This document shows positions 23,201 to 37,688 of a DNA stretch of 52,738 bases, in pieces (the first letter of the stretch is position 1; each line of letters begins with the position of its first letter). The position numbers and the translations under genes were made by a program. This stretch comes from Rhizaria sp. SCN 62-66 (Eukaryota). The stretch lies in NCBI GenBank assembly GCA_001724265.1, contig MEDY01000201.1, positions 1-52,738 of the forward strand. Reading direction: 5' to 3'. Under the pieces are notes generated by a model. That model was not told the DNA's origin, ran no database searches, and worked only from the letters and a program-made list of their open reading frames with translations.

Positions 23201-26200
23201 CACACGCGAACATGCAGAGGCTACTGCAGCTGCGATCGCGGAAGCTGACGCTGAAATAGCCGTCGCCGAGGCGGCTGCCGCTAAAGCAGCTGCAGCCGAG
23301 GCTGCTGCGTCTGCAGAGGCGGCTGCAAAGGCCGCGGACGTCATCGCTGCTGCCGACGCCGCCATGGCCCTAATCGCAGAGGATCAATCCATCAAGGACG
23401 TTGACACTGTGCCAGCATTTAGCAGCAATATCGATGAAAAGAAAGATATCGTTGAAGGCAAGAGCACTACTAAGAGTCCTAGTACACCCACAGTCATTGT
23501 TCCACCGACGCTGCCTAGCACCTATCCCTCAGAGGCTGATTCCGCCCCTGATAATGCTGGCCCTGCTGCTGCCCCTGACATTATCACGCCTCTCTCTACT
23601 GTCCACGACGCCCTGCCTTTGTTTTCTTCTGTTCCACACTACCGCATTGGAGCAGAGTGCCTGTGGCATTTGCCAAGCTCTCTGTCCCGCGGCGTCGGAG
23701 CGTCATTCGCAGTTGCGTTGGCACAATCTATTGTTTCGCACGGCGCTGGCTTCAACAAGCTTTCTCCCGACGACGTCGCGCGCATTGTCACGTCCGCGCC
23801 CGTTGCAACGGCTAAGGGCGCCTCGTCGCCACGCGCGTCCGCGCTTCACCCACGGCTCCGCCCGTTGTTCGCTGCGCACCGTTGGTTTGCGCACACGTCC
23901 CCGCTAACACTTACGCGCGTCACCGAGGCACTGGTGCGTCTTAACGCTTTTTCGCTTGCCCGCGAGCTTTTAGCCGTCGCAGGCGCCTGGACTGTCGCTG
24001 TCGATGCTGCCGCAGACTCTGGCGCCATTACAAAGGTGATGCTCAAGAGCGCTAGCAATGCCGCCGCAGGCAAGAGCGCAAAGATCACGTCCCCGAAGCG
24101 TCGTGGCTCAGACGTTTCCGACTCGCGTGTGCGGGTGCTATGGCGCGATGAGCTGCCCGTTCTCTCCGCCGCTGTACTCACTCACGAGTTTCTATACGAC
24201 AGCGCTCTCCAGGCTTGCGACCCCGTGCCAGCGAGCCGCACAGACGGCAGTGGGACGTCAGTGCATGCAGCATTGCGCACACGCGCCAGTTTCACCCGAC
24301 TCCAGGCAATTCTCACAACGCTCGTTGGTGATACGAGCGCCGCGGCTCCAGAGGGCGCGATCGTGCAGCGGCCGGGACTGCGCGGTGTGGTATTCGCGCT
24401 GATGGCCCGTCTGCGCCACGTGCTGCTGAACCGCGCACTCGCACGGAAGCACGCGCGCGCCATCGCCACTGCTGATGCGCTGACGGCACTAGACGCTCTA
24501 TTTGCGCAGTCCCCGGCCAACCGCGCAATGACTGACAGCTCCGGTATTGTTACGCGTGTCACAGGCGGCGAAAGCGTGCCAGAGCCGGAAGCTCCGACGT
24601 ACTCTGTGGGCCTCTCGCTTGAGAACTATACGACTTTGCGCGCGCAATTGACACAGCGTTTGCGCCAGCTTCTGCTTCCGCTGCACCGGGACCGTCGGCT
24701 GCGCACGCAAGCAACCGACTGCGCTGCGCTGTACATGTCTGCGTTCGAGCTCACAGGAAAGGTCCACACAGCCGCTGCCGCTGCAGTGTTGCACTCGGTT
24801 GCCGAAAAGGACCGCACGCTGCCGCCGATGCTGGCGCGCGCACTGTTGGCGCGTGCGTCGACCGTGATGTACCGTGCCGCGAAACCTGCACAATCAGACG
24901 AGAGTTTTCTCAGCACACACCACAAGGATGTTTGCGCCGCTGCGCTTGTTGCAACAGAGAAGGATACGCTCTCACAAGACGATCATTTTTTCGTTGATCC
25001 GATTTTCAAAGTTGGATCAGCGCGCGCTACCGATGAACCCCTTTCGTTCGCTCTTGAGCTTCCTCTCTTTTCACCCGCGGCCAAAGACACGCCGATTGAC
25101 GGGTCACCAACTAGCACCGTACCTGATGCCACCGTTCAGGCTGCACTTGATGCTGCTGGGGCTGCAGCTGCACGCGATTCAGTGGCGGAAGCGTCACTGG
25201 CTGCGGCTGTTGCAAGTCTCGTGCTTGCCTCTGTGAAGACAGTCTCTGCGCCTCCCGCGCGTCTTGGTCGTATCGCATCCGTACTTTCCCCCATGAGCCC
25301 CATGAGTCCCATGAGTCCCTTAAGTCCCATTGGAGCCTCCGCGAACTCAGATACTGCGCTTGCGATGCAGAGTCCCGCAGTTCAATGGACAGCGAGCGCT
25401 GTAGCGCTCATCTCTGACTCTGGGGTAGCGCCCGGCGAGGCAAGCGCAGACGCCGGCCAAGCTGCCGGGGCGGCATTATCTTTACAGGTGGCTGAGTCTG
25501 TTGCCGTCATGGTTGATGCAGCTAAAACTGTTCTGCTCGCCAATTCACTCATCACACTGGCGGCGTCCACCGCGATGCCCTCCGTTGCACCAATGGCCGC
25601 TGCTATAGACAATGACAACTTTGCTGCGAGCCCCGCTCAGTACGATTCGTGGGGATATCCCGAAGACACTATGCAGTCCTCATCGACTGCAAGTGAGATC
25701 GCGGCCACCGCCCGTGCTATGGCGCCACACTGCGCGGCCATGCTGCATACGCTTTCCGCGGCGGGAGCTGCTGCGGCGTCCGTTGTTCCGCCGGCTGTGA
25801 TACTGCTCTCGACAGCGCGTAGTGTCGACTTCTTTGGCGCCGTCCCGAGCAGCACTCCCGCAGATGTGCTGCTGTCTAAGGACGAGGAGTTTGCCGCAGC
25901 GGGCGCGTTTGATCTTGCACTGCGCTCCGCTTTGGCTTCACACGTTTCACCGTCAGTCACGGATACTCTCACGAAGCAGGTGGACACTTTGATGGAGCGC
26001 GCACAATCGTTGCACAAGGATGTTATGCCGACGGAGCCATACGATATTAGTCTAAGCAATACCGTAGGCGAATCCATCAGCAGCGAGGCAGAGCTGCAGC
26101 CTGACCAGCGTCGTGCACTCACGCGCCAGTTCCGGTCTCTGTTTGCTTCTATCTCTAACGCCGGCCTTTCTGACCGCACAAAACACAGCTCATCTGGGAG

Positions 26201-29200
26201 CAAGTCTGTTGCTTTTGTTTTCGATAACGAAGAGGATGAGGAGGCCAGTGAGGCCAGTGATCGCGACGAGGACGCCGATGACCAGACACGTGAGAGGTCT
26301 CACAAGATGGGGCATCTTTCACCAATGATTATTGTCGTTGTGCTTGCTGGCCCGCTCGATATCATATTCGCCGAGCAGTCTCTCGCGTGTGGTGTCGCTG
26401 TGCACTCCATTCTACCAATGCCATTGCCGCAATTCCCGCCACTCGCGTCGGCCGCGCTGGGCTGGCTCGCGCGCGCTGCTGCAGTTGCCGCCGCCTCGAG
26501 CACCGTCACTGTTGCAGTCGACTCACTTCCCAGTACTTCCGACGAGGCGAGCGCTGCGTTGGAGCTGGCGCAGGTGCTTGCTCGCTCGGTCGCTGCTTCC
26601 CTTGCTGCGACCGCACACCGCACGGCGTCTGCGCTTTTCTGTCAGCTGGATCCCACCGATTCACTGTCGGCGCACGTTGCGATTGTTTCACGGGAGTTGT
26701 CCCCATTGCTGACTGTTCCACTTGTACTTTCCGCCGTGTCGCACGGAGCAGAACCTACTGTACCCACGGATTGGCCTGTGGCGACAGTCGTGTTGTCCCG
26801 TGCTTTACACCACGCCACTGCCTCAGGTGCGCTGTCGCTTGCCATCTCTGACGCGAACGTTGAGCGCTCGCGCACCCAACTCCCCGGCGGTAAGGCCCCA
26901 CCTGTCCCTTCATCGCGGTCTCTCTTGCGCGACCTTTACGGTACTCGCGTTGAAAACGCACCCAAGAAACCTATCGTGCTTCAATTAGCGCCGATCTTTG
27001 CTGCTGTGCCACTATCTCTGCTCAAAGCCACTGCGACCGCAGATGGTGATGCCACGCTTACGCAAAAGCAGCGCAACGAAACGAGCGTGACGGCTCCCGG
27101 TGCTGTGCTAACAGTCGCCATTCCTGCCGCTTTGCCATCGGCGGCTCTTGCGATTGTTGTTGACACACTGTCAATGCTGCAGCCTATCAACGCAATTGCT
27201 GCCCAACATGGGAATGCGAACACTGTTACTTATATCTTCCTCTCCGTGGCACATGCGGTGCGCCACGCACTCGCGCTCGCCCGCGCTTTTGCTGCACCGA
27301 ATGATCCTGCAGCAGATCCCGCATCGCCGGCAGTGCCACTTCCTGCATCCTCTGCGAACACCTCTTTGGCCGACTTCCGCGTCAACACACGACCGTCTTC
27401 CACTCTGGGTGACGAGCTTGCTGCGGTTCCTCAACCTGCACAGGTGCAACCTCTGCAGCTCTCGCGTCAATCCTCACTTGTGGATCTGCCGCAGCCGAAC
27501 TTCGGCCCGCTGCCCGCTGTGGCGATCGCACTTTCTCTCGGCGCGGTCACGCTGACACGTAGTACCTCCGGTGTTGCTGGCGCCTTTGTGCCCACTTTCA
27601 GTGAGCTCTCTCGTGGCGAGTGCGTTCGCTTCACAGGTTCGCCTGTTACTGAAGCTGCTGCACTGGCTGTGATGGCATCCCGGCTTGCAGCTGAACATAC
27701 AGCGGGTACGTTTATGACAACGATCATCACTGCCACCCGCACCTTTTCGCTTGCGCTGCATGCTTTTGCTCATGCGAGCTGCACGGGTTTGTCTCAACTG
27801 TCAGCAAGCTCGGTATCTGTGGTTGATGCCAACGATGCTTGGATGTTTTTGTTGCAAGCTGACACACGCCGACTTGCGCAGAAGGGTTCTCAACACGCAG
27901 CCACGGATGCTACTCGACGTGCAAGCATGGGCTCTGGATTCGCTGTAGCAGAGTCCTCTGGACGTTCGAACCATAACCATTTTTTCTTGACCGGCTCCGA
28001 GCGTCTGCTCACGTTATTAAAAAAGAAGATCGATCATCACGCCACTATTATCGCGAGAACGGCTGGTTTTTCGGATTCACAACAGTTTGTGCGCACGCAG
28101 TGGCAGTCACAGCGCGTTGTTGCTCTTGGATTCCATTCACAGGAGCTGCTGTTGCAGCAGCAGTACGGCGGTGATGCCGGCTCTGGTGGCGTTCTGAAAG
28201 TCACAATTTCCCCGGAGGACAGTGGGTACGCACAAAGCTCACCACTTTCGTCGCCATCTGCAGTCGATATGAGCCAAAAGCTGCTTTCTGTCGGTTCAAT
28301 CTCTGGCCCTGTCAGTGCCACCGCGTTCGTGCGTTACTTGACACTTGCCGGGCTTGGTGGGAGCCGTTGTCTTGCTGCCGTGGCACAGCCTTCCCCAGAT
28401 ACCGTGGTCGTGCAACTGTTGCCCACCACTGGCGCTGTGCGACTCAGTCCTCTGGATGAACCCGGTTTGTTGGACCGTTTACAACGTCCTGCGGAGTCCA
28501 ACACATTGTCGAATGTCAAGGTTGACCCACAAGGAAGCGCATCAGCAGTTCTTGCGCTCGCAATGACATCTGCCGCTGGCTCTTCGCTTCTTCCTCCGCG
28601 TCTCATGGCATACGTTGCAGACTGCCTTGTGGCATATCTTGAGGCTCACGACCGTGCGCACCGCTTTGGCTACAAGGCTATTTACGCCGCACCGATTGCG
28701 ATGGCGAAGTCGCTCACACGATCTGCGGCGTGGACTGCAGATGCGACCTTTTTGCGCTCTGCCGTCGTTGCAATCCACTCGCTGCTTATGAGGCCGCCGC
28801 GGACATTACATGATCGCCCAGTCAAGTCGAACGCGGCTGAAGCTTTTTTGCACAGTTTTGTGAGTTTACTGCCGCTACCAGTGCCTGATCATCAAGAACA
28901 CGAGTCCGATGACGGCCAGGTCGAGCCCTCCGGCAAGGAACCAACTGCTCTAAGCGCCGGCCGGCCGCTGCCCGCTCGCGTGGATGATGATTACGACTAC
29001 TCTCCACATGCAGGACTTCCCGCGATGGCGTATACTCTCGTCTCTGCTGCTGCACTTGCCGCGCTACCACCCGCGCATCCACTGGCCATTCTGGCCGTGT
29101 TCGCGCCTGACCCACCGCTGATGGCGAGCACCGCGGTCGCTCACTCTGCCTTTACCACGGGTCTGCGCTTGTTTGTTCCAGACGGCTACAACACTCCCCG

Positions 29201-32200
29201 CTACGCACCTCCCGCCTCTTTGCTTGCGGTGTTGCTGCGCAGGCCGATGTTACCACGTCTCCGGCCCTGGCTTTCACTTGCTGCAACCCCAGCACTGTCA
29301 GCCCGTGCACGTATGACTGCAACTGCTTTAACAGTGATTGACAAGCTCATGCTGATTTCGCCTTCTGGCGCCCCCAGCAGTGCTGCTGGAAACTCCTGTG
29401 ATGTGCTTGACGAACCGATCAACGGTCACAACGCGATGCGCGCGCTCACGATTCTCTCCACTCTGAGCGCGAGCGGTCATGCCACTGCTGATGACAACCC
29501 CATCGCTGACAGCAAGGGCGACGATTTCCGTGCGGCAGTGCTCCGGGCCGAGATCCTCTGGCGTCTTGGTGCGCACAAGTCTGGCGAGAGCGGTGCTGGG
29601 CCTGGTACAGCTTCGTTCCGCGCCCGTGTTCGGGCAATGGCCCGCACGCTCATTACAACACTGCGCGAGCGTGCTGCCGAGGCGGGGATTTTGACTCGGG
29701 CAGCGGTTGAAAACGCCCGCAGTTGCTTGGCGCGTTATTGGGTTGCGTTAGCGCGCAGCGAGCTTGCTAAGACACTCCTACTACGTGCTGTGGAGACGTC
29801 CGAGGCTGCCGGCGCTGACTCGGGCATGAGCCTAGTGGCGACACTCCGGCAAAAGTGGCTGTCTGCGGACTCAGAGCGGCGTCTTTCCCAGTCGCGGCTT
29901 ATGGCTGCGCTTGCCTCATTGTCTTCTGCGAGCTTGCTTCCTGCGCTTGAAGCAGAAGTGCTGAATATTTCGCCCGCGCCTACGCCCGATATGGATGTGA
30001 ACGAGGACGCAGTGTCAGCAGCCACGCATCTGCGTCACTCGGCAGCGTTTTTGCCTGCCGCTGGCTTGGCGGGCTCTGGCCGCGCTCCTGCACTGGCACA
30101 GCTGGCATTTGCACCCGCTGATAACGACTCATCAGGCTTTCAAGACCCGCTACCGCTGCAGTATGCATTTGAGTCCGCTGCATTTGCAACTCCCCAAGAC
30201 AGCACCTGGCACCATGCTGCGACTCTTACTGCGGCTGGATTTGTTCCTTCCGCTCTATCATACTCTACTGCTACCAACGCTACAACAAGTGTTGCGCCAG
30301 CTGTTACTGCAGCGCGTGGACGCGACGCAACCGGCATGCTCTTTGCTCGTGTGCGCGTTGACGCGGAGGTGATTCTCACTCATGTTCAAGCTGAGCCCCC
30401 GTTACCGGGTGAGGCTGTTCGTTTACCCTTTTCGTTTGCAGGCTTCTCCGATCTCACACCTGATCCGGCGACTGACTCCTCCCGAGTAGGCAGTAGGTTT
30501 GATTCGCAATCAGGGTTAGACATGGGACCGCTTCTTCCTGGCGACTGGCGCAACGCGGCTAGTTGCTGCTTCTTGTTTCGGCCGAACGCGACCATGGCGG
30601 CGCTTGACGCGAGCCGCCGTGCGCTGTGGCAAGCGCGGCGTGCCGTTGAAGACCGCTGGCAGGCGCGGCTGTACGCACTGTGCGCCGCGGTGGCCGACGC
30701 TGACCTTTCAGCCGCCGAGTCGGAACCTACTACTCCGTGCTCTGATCTGGCTGCAGCCGCAACGGCGTCTGCCCGCGCGCACTTCCGCGCGTACCAGCTT
30801 GACTCGTCGCGTTTGCCTGCGCTCACGTCTGCTGGCCGAGCCGCAAGTGTCGCTGCGGCCGCTCTCGCTCGTCCCTTGTACTCGACACGCGCAGGGCTGT
30901 CTGCTGAAGCGGAGACTCCCGCCGCTGTCGCTGCGTGCCGTGCAGCTTTGACGCTGCAAGGAGAGCTGCTGTACGCGGCCCGTGTGGCCGTGGCATGGCG
31001 CACGACTGCGCTGACTGGCGCGCCTTATCCCGTCGGTGCCGCCGTGCCTGCAGGCTCTCAGGAGCCCGGTCGCGAGCTCTTAGCTGCGCTTGGCGGCCCG
31101 CAGCGCGGCGTGCTGGAGCGCTGGCAGCTGGTCCAAGAACTCAAGGGTGTGCTGACCCGGCTGAAGACAGAGCACGGAATGCTGTACGCGCGTGCCGCCG
31201 CTGCAAATGCCGCTAGTACAGCCACTTTTAACAGCGCGGCTGCGCATGCGGCGGCGCTGGCGACACGGCCTGACACGACTGCAGTGCTTGTGGCGAGCCC
31301 TCAACACAGGCGTGTCAACTCTAGCATGTACCTCAACGACATCCTTGCCTCACCGCAGTCAGTGGTGCATCCCGCGACGCCGTCGCGAGCGCCACCGCCT
31401 GCGACTGGCCGGCACAAACGCGTCTTCAGTTTTGGCGCGGACCTGGGTTCCTCTTCAGCTGCTGCTGTTCGTCCGACTGACCTGATGTTGTCACCGACTG
31501 CAGCGGGTGCTGGAAACAGTGGCAACGCGGCTGAGGCGGCGCGGGCGCTTGTACCGCGCATTCAAGCTGCTGAAGCTGAGCTTACACGAGCACGTACAGG
31601 TTTGAAGGCTGCGATGTTAGTGCTATCATCTGCACGTATCGCTGCCGAGCGCGCCCGTAGGGATGCTGCTCCCGTTGAGGCTCTCACAAGCCGTGTGTTG
31701 GCCCGTATCAATAGCGCGAATGCATCTCGCGAGACGGCATCTATTATGTCCTCATTCTCAAATTCTGTTCGTGAGAGCTTGACAACACGCGACCTCCCGT
31801 CACTTGCTGCTATTGCCGCTGCGACGACAGAGTCAACAGGTGCTATCACACACTGCGACCCCGCGGTGGCGTGGTTTAGCAAGCCTCTTGATTCGGGGTC
31901 TTACCACGGTGATTTTATCTGGGACTCTCCCCTGGCACTAACGTATCTGCCGGAGTGCGTCGCGCAGCCACTGCCCGCTCTCACACACGTGCTTTGGCCT
32001 GTACAGTCCTTGCCCGAGACTGCTGTTGCCCCCACACAGGCCCTACAAAGCACTGGCTCTCGCCGTGGATCCTTGTCAGGCGTCGCAGCGACACCCAGTT
32101 CCAATGGATCGGCACCACTGGTCTCCCCTTTCCGCCCTGTGGCCACGCCGAATACACCCGTCAAGACGCCATTGAAGCATGCTCGCACAGGATCTATGAC

Positions 32201-35200
32201 TGGGCTGCTTCTTCCCGGTGCGCTTGCTGAAGATGCCGCTGAAGAGGCTGAATCTGATCCCGACTTAGTGCCTTCAGAGCCACACTTCCCCATTGGCACA
32301 AATGCATTCGCTGCTCTCATACGTACTGCGAGCGGCGTTGGTGGTGTGACATCTTTGGTCGGCCACTCACGCCGCGGCTCCGTTGCAGGCGTGCCTGTTC
32401 TTGGAACATCCGTAACGGCGGTTGCGCCAACTGTCTCGCATGACGGTTTCGACGATGGCGCTGTTCGCGACAGCCTGCGTCGTCCGCCTGCCGCCGCTCG
32501 TTACCGCGCGCGGCTGCGTGAGCTTTCACTGCTCTGCGCGCTGACAGCGGAGCTCGCTGTGCTGACTGCGCACCACACACTCGCCATGGCTGAGATCTCG
32601 CCCGCCGGGACTGCTGTAGGCGCGCCCGAGGTTCCTGGTCTAGCGCCACTTAAGCTGCGCAAGAAAGACGCCGCAGCTGCGGCTGCCGCCGCGGCAGCGC
32701 GCCCCCGCGTGCCTGCCGTGGCGTCGGACGATGCTTTGGCGTCTGCAAGGTTGGCTCTCACTGGCGCCCGCTGGTGGCATAGTCAGAGTGGAGCGCTGCT
32801 TGCGGCAGCCACGCTGCCGGCGCTCGGCTTTGACTGGGGCTCTACCTCTATTGTGGCTTCTTCCACGGCTTCTGCAGCGCCCCCGCTGGCATCTCCCCAC
32901 CATGCTGGTACCGCGCCGACAAATCCGTTCGCGGTCGCTCCGCAGCTTGCTCGCCGCGGTAGCTTACCGTCGTTGCTTCGCGCCTCCTCCACAGGCCCTC
33001 AGTTTGATCCCGCAAGTACCGCACTTTTATCGCCATCGTCTGCTGCCGCTGTTGCGACCGCTGTTCATTCGCACTACATGCAGTCGCAACGTACATTGCG
33101 TGCACCGCTGGCGACAGCCCTTGCGCTGTCTTCAGATCGCGGGTTGGACGTGTTCCCATCTCTTGCCACATTATCTCTTGCGCGTACACTTGCGATGCGT
33201 GGTGCCAAGCTGTTAGGATCTCTTACGTCTAGTGCACTTGCGATGACGTTTGTTTCTGCCGATGACGATGAGAATCCTCCAAATATAAGGGCTTGTGCTA
33301 TTGAGATTGCCCGCGAAATTCTTCCTATGAGTGCAAGCGCGCCCCCGCTGTTTAACATGCCAAGTGACGCTGCTTCTTCTTTGACAACTGCCGTTGTTTT
33401 TGCTGGCCATTCGCTCTCCGCGCTTGTGCTTTGCTCCGCTGTCGCGACTGCGGTTGGCTCTGCAACTGAGACTGTGCCACTCGCCGCACAACTCAACTCA
33501 GCGCTCCGCGATCACCACCCGCGCGTGCGAGTGGCAGGACTGGCCTTACGGGCTGCATTGTGCGAGCGACTTGCAGCCCGCCGGCCCAGCTCCGCCCATG
33601 TTGCACTGCTGACTGATACTGACCTTACGTTTGCAGAAGCTGTCATTTCTGAACAAGCGACGCGTCGCTGCGAGCTCCACGTCATGTTGCCCGCTTCAAT
33701 TGTTGATGTTCTTGCTCAAGCTCCACAGCGGATGTTGGGCTTGGCCTTGCCTAACCCCTCCACAAGACGCCGCCGCAGCCTCGCCACTGTTCCTGCCGTA
33801 GTCGTGCGGACTGAGAACCGCAGTGTGCCCGTACGTGGGCTGAAACTGCAACTCGACTCTTTCTTTCCTTCGCCCACGCGCACTACGACTGTGCAAACTA
33901 TTGAGGCTGTGCCGACACCAACAGCGAGTAATACTAAGTTTACTCCGTCGTATGTGAGCAGCAGCGTGCCTGATGGTGATGACGACGAAGAGCTTAGTGA
34001 CGCTGATGACGATGAGGACGATCCGTGCTATAACCCCGCACTCGCGGCCGACGCTCCGGATACTGCCCTCTCCAGCATTATCACCCTTGCCTCAGCACAG
34101 CTGCACTGCGGCTTCTGCCCGCAGTCTGGGCGTTACCGACCCCGGCGAAGTCGCGGCGCCCGCAGCGCTGCAGCTGCCGAGGCTCAAGCTGTGCGCGTAC
34201 GGTTGCAACGCGTTCTTGCTGCCGCCGACTCTGTCACTGTAGTGCCGGGTGACCCAGCTGCCGCGGATGGTGTGAGCGTGGCACATGCCAGCCACATGCG
34301 CGAATGCCTGCTTGGCGCTGCTCGGCTGCGTGTGCGTGCGATGTGTCCTGTCCTTGCAGCAGGCGAGGAAATGGCCCGCGTCGCTGTCTGGGGCGCGCTT
34401 GCAGGTGGAGCAAGCGACGCAGCTACTGCGGCAGCTGTTGCACGTGTTTGTCATGACGGTGACTTCAGTGCGGCTGCCGCTCTCGCGCACTCGCTTCGTG
34501 ATGCTATCGCTGCAAATTTCAGCGCAAACGGAGGTGACACTGCTGCGAACCCCGCTTTTTCTGCCGCCCGCGCTGTGGCAAATGAAGCTGCCGCTGCTGC
34601 TGCTGCCGCCGCTGCTGCATCTGGGTCACCGCCCGCCGTCGCGGATGCGGTCAGCTCTCTCACACTTGCCGGTCCGGGTGACGGCTTAAGCGCCGTCGAT
34701 CCTGCTCTATTACGCGCGCACACTCGGCTGTTACGGCTGCGTCGCCTTTGCTCTATAATCCCACGTCGTGGTGGGTTCTTGTCCTCGGCACTCGTCACGG
34801 CAGTTACGAGTCAGAGTGCAGATTCTCGCGACCCACTTGCTCTGTGGGTGTTGACTCAGGGGCTGAATAGCTCCAAGGCGGAGTCCAACTCTGTTGTTTG
34901 CCGGCTTCTGTGTGGACGCACTCTTCTCAGTGTTGCGCGCGTCTTGAACCAAGCTGCGACGCTTGCTCGTCGTCCTTCGCAACCAGTTGATTCTTCATCT
35001 TCATCCGGCAAATCGACGCCAATCGAAGATCATGTGGACGATGCTCACCCCGAGACGACTGATGACGCTCCCGCAGCCGATACGGCGGCAGCACCTTCCT
35101 CTGATGCCAGTATTACCGCGGCAGTGTCTGCTGCCCAATGGGCGAGTGCGGTCTCATCCGGTCTGTGCAACGCATACGTGCCGTTGCCAACAACTGCGCG

Positions 35201-37688
35201 CGCCGCCCATGGCTTGCTTTCCCTGCGGGCCGGCGACTCTAAGCTCTCTGTGCGTTCTCGTGGGCACGCACGCAGCCGCTCAGTGGTATCAGCTGCAGGC
35301 GTTGTCAAGCGTGTTACAGCAAATGAGAGTGGTGAAAGTGATGACGACGATAATGGAGCGGAAGACACCGCTGATCCCGAGTGCATGGATGCTAATGAGA
35401 CGAAGAGTATTGGCAGCACGTACACATTCGACCTCACAACGTTGCTGCCACCACTATTTCCGACATCTGCAGCATCATTTGTCGCAACTTCTGCTAGCGC
35501 AACTGCGTCTCAAACCTTCCGTGGTCGCACAGCCTCTGCTGGCTCTGGAATCGGCCGTGCTGCGACAGTCTTAATGCTGGTGCGCGCGGTAGCGCTCGAA
35601 ACGAGGTCGAAATGCGCTGACAAGGGCACTCCCACTGTTCCGTCGGAGACGCTCTTGGATGCAATTATGCTGAATACGGGTAAGCTTGGCGAGAGCGATG
35701 ATAACGAAGAGCATAGTGACCATGACGAAGTGAGCCATTCAGACTCGACTCTTGGCGACCACAGCAGCGACCATGTTCAGCATGATAATAAACGCGCAGC
35801 GTGGATCCTGGACGCAGAGTCCGTGTTGCCTCTGATACCCAATGTGAGTCAAGTGAATGGTTTGCCTGGTGCTCTTATTCCTCTACCTGGGACAATGGCT
35901 CTTCCGACTACAAATGCCAAACCAGCTGTTTCTGCGACAAAAGAGTCTCCAACGGATGTCACACCGCTACAGGTGTGCGCACTTGTGCCTGAGTGTGGTG
36001 AGCTCACAGCCCATCGCACTCTCCAAGGTGCAACTACAAGTGACGTTGCTTCGGTCACAATTCACGCCCCTGTTAATAACGCCTGTTCATTGCCCAATGG
36101 CAAGATCTCCGGCACATTCCACGCTGTTTGCTTTACTCTTGCTCCCCGCAGTGTTTCTGTGATGACTCCTGCAACTAACGATGACGTGCTCTCTATCATC
36201 ACGCAGCTTCTCATTCGTTGCAACAGCGTTGTTTTCCAACAGCCGGAAATCCTCGAGTTATTCACTGTGGCTGCACACTCCGAAGTTTCACCAGTCGCAG
36301 ACGTTGCAACGGATTCCACTGCTGTTGCTGGTGCCCCTGCATGCGCACTATACTTTTCAGACCCTCGCTCCGCTGCTGTCTTTGCACTCGCTGCGTCTCG
36401 CCTCGGTCAGCTCTCCACCTTCGGAAAGCGCTCGAGCAAAAGGAGTGCGGTTGCCACGCTCTTGGGCAATTACTCACTTGCCGTCGCATTGCATTCTGGC
36501 TCGGCGACGGTTGGCTTTGCAACCGTGAGCCCTGCTGACACGAAACAACAGGCCGTTAGCGACTCGACGGTTGCTTCTGCCGCCGCTGCTTCTCCAAGTC
36601 GTCCCGCCGCCGCGGGACCACGTGCGGCGCGCCTGGCTGCTACTGCCGGCCTCGACGCGGCGATTCCGAGTGATAACGCGCATCATCAGTCTGTGTCGAT
36701 GCTTCCTGCGATTGCAGCACTGCCGCTGTTTTGCAGTGCTGGTTTGTCAGATACAGGCAAGTCCGTTGTCACCGATGCATCTCTCGCACCCAAAATCACA
36801 AGCACATTTATTTCATTGCTCCCAATTTCTTCACCCAACAACAGTGTATCACACTGCACCCGTTTTGAGCTCAGGTATGTTTCAAAGACCGTGTCTGGCC
36901 CGCTCACATCTGACGTGCGGTCAATTTTCTCCGAGTTCACTCTCTTGCCAAGCTTGTCTCACAGCCTGGCGCCGGACGCAGACTCCGAGAGCGAGTCGTC
37001 GGTGAGCAGCGCAGCGCAGCCTGCGTGCTCTCGTGTGATGTTCACGTTGCCGTTCCTGCTGCGCCTTTCCTCATCCCCGGCACAGCAACTCAACATCACG
37101 ACTGCAGCCGATCTTGTTGCCGACCTGTTGGAGGCGGGTGAGCTTCTTGCCGCCCACCTCCGCCCCGCGTTCCTGGCTGCCCGCGCTTTCCCTGTCCCGC
37201 AGACGCTCTACGCCTTGGCGCGGCCGCACCGCGTGCTCTCTGCTCCGGGCCTTGCGCGCGCGCTGCGGGCGATCCGCGCCGGTCTAGTGCTTCCGGCCAC
37301 TGCACTTAGCGCTGCGAAGACCGGTGGCAACAACAACATTACCGCGCAGGCGGCGGGCGCGTCGCCCACAGCGCTTGTGGTGGCTCCGCCCACAGTCGCT
37401 GCAACAGTCGCGCTCGCCGCTTCGCTTGTGTTCCCGCCAGCAGCTGCTTCAAACGACGCTCCTGTGCAGCGCGGGCGTGCGCGGGCTATGCGTGCGCTGG
37501 TGCGTGCGGCCGAGAGCGCGTTGGAAGAGCGCGGCGTTCTTGCGTGGGGCGTGCGAAACGCAAATGTGGCCGGAACAGTTGAGGCGGACTGTGAGTTGCT
37601 GCTCTCAGAGGAAGCTGCGAAGACAAACAAGGCTGTGTCCAGTGCGTGGGAAGATCCACAGGATGCGGAGCTTGATGCATTTATCTAA
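20244..37688 (+). CDS. Giant Ala-rich multidomain protein, about 5814 aa if the in-frame TAG at 21390 is read as sense: N-terminal LRR-like region, helical-repeat-like region, two SLOG-like plus degenerate class III cyclase-like units
   Basis: ORFs 20229-21392 and 21402-37688 share one frame and are separated only by TAG plus 9 GC-rich nt. LRR-like LATLRLTRLAL..VAALDLTGSP lies at about 20600-21010. SLOG-like LDIIFAEQSLACGVAVHSILP (26325-26424) and VVFAGH..DLTFAEAV..ELHVMLP (33384-33693). Cyclase-like YIFLSVAHAVRHAL..IALSLGAV..FTGSPVTEAA (27222-27760) and LYFSDPRSAAVFAL..VALHSG (36339-36515). TAA stop. Domain names are by eye. Confidence 0.65.
21390..21392 (+). other. In-frame TAG, putative sense codon
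   Basis: GTG AGC GCA TAG TCC GCC GCA TTG; the frame stays open for over 5400 further codons. Confidence 0.7.
25287..25331 (+). repeat. 9-nt coding repeat encoding SPMSPMSPMSPLSPI
   Basis: tcc ccc atg agc ccc atg agt ccc atg agt ccc tta agt ccc att. Confidence 0.8.
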
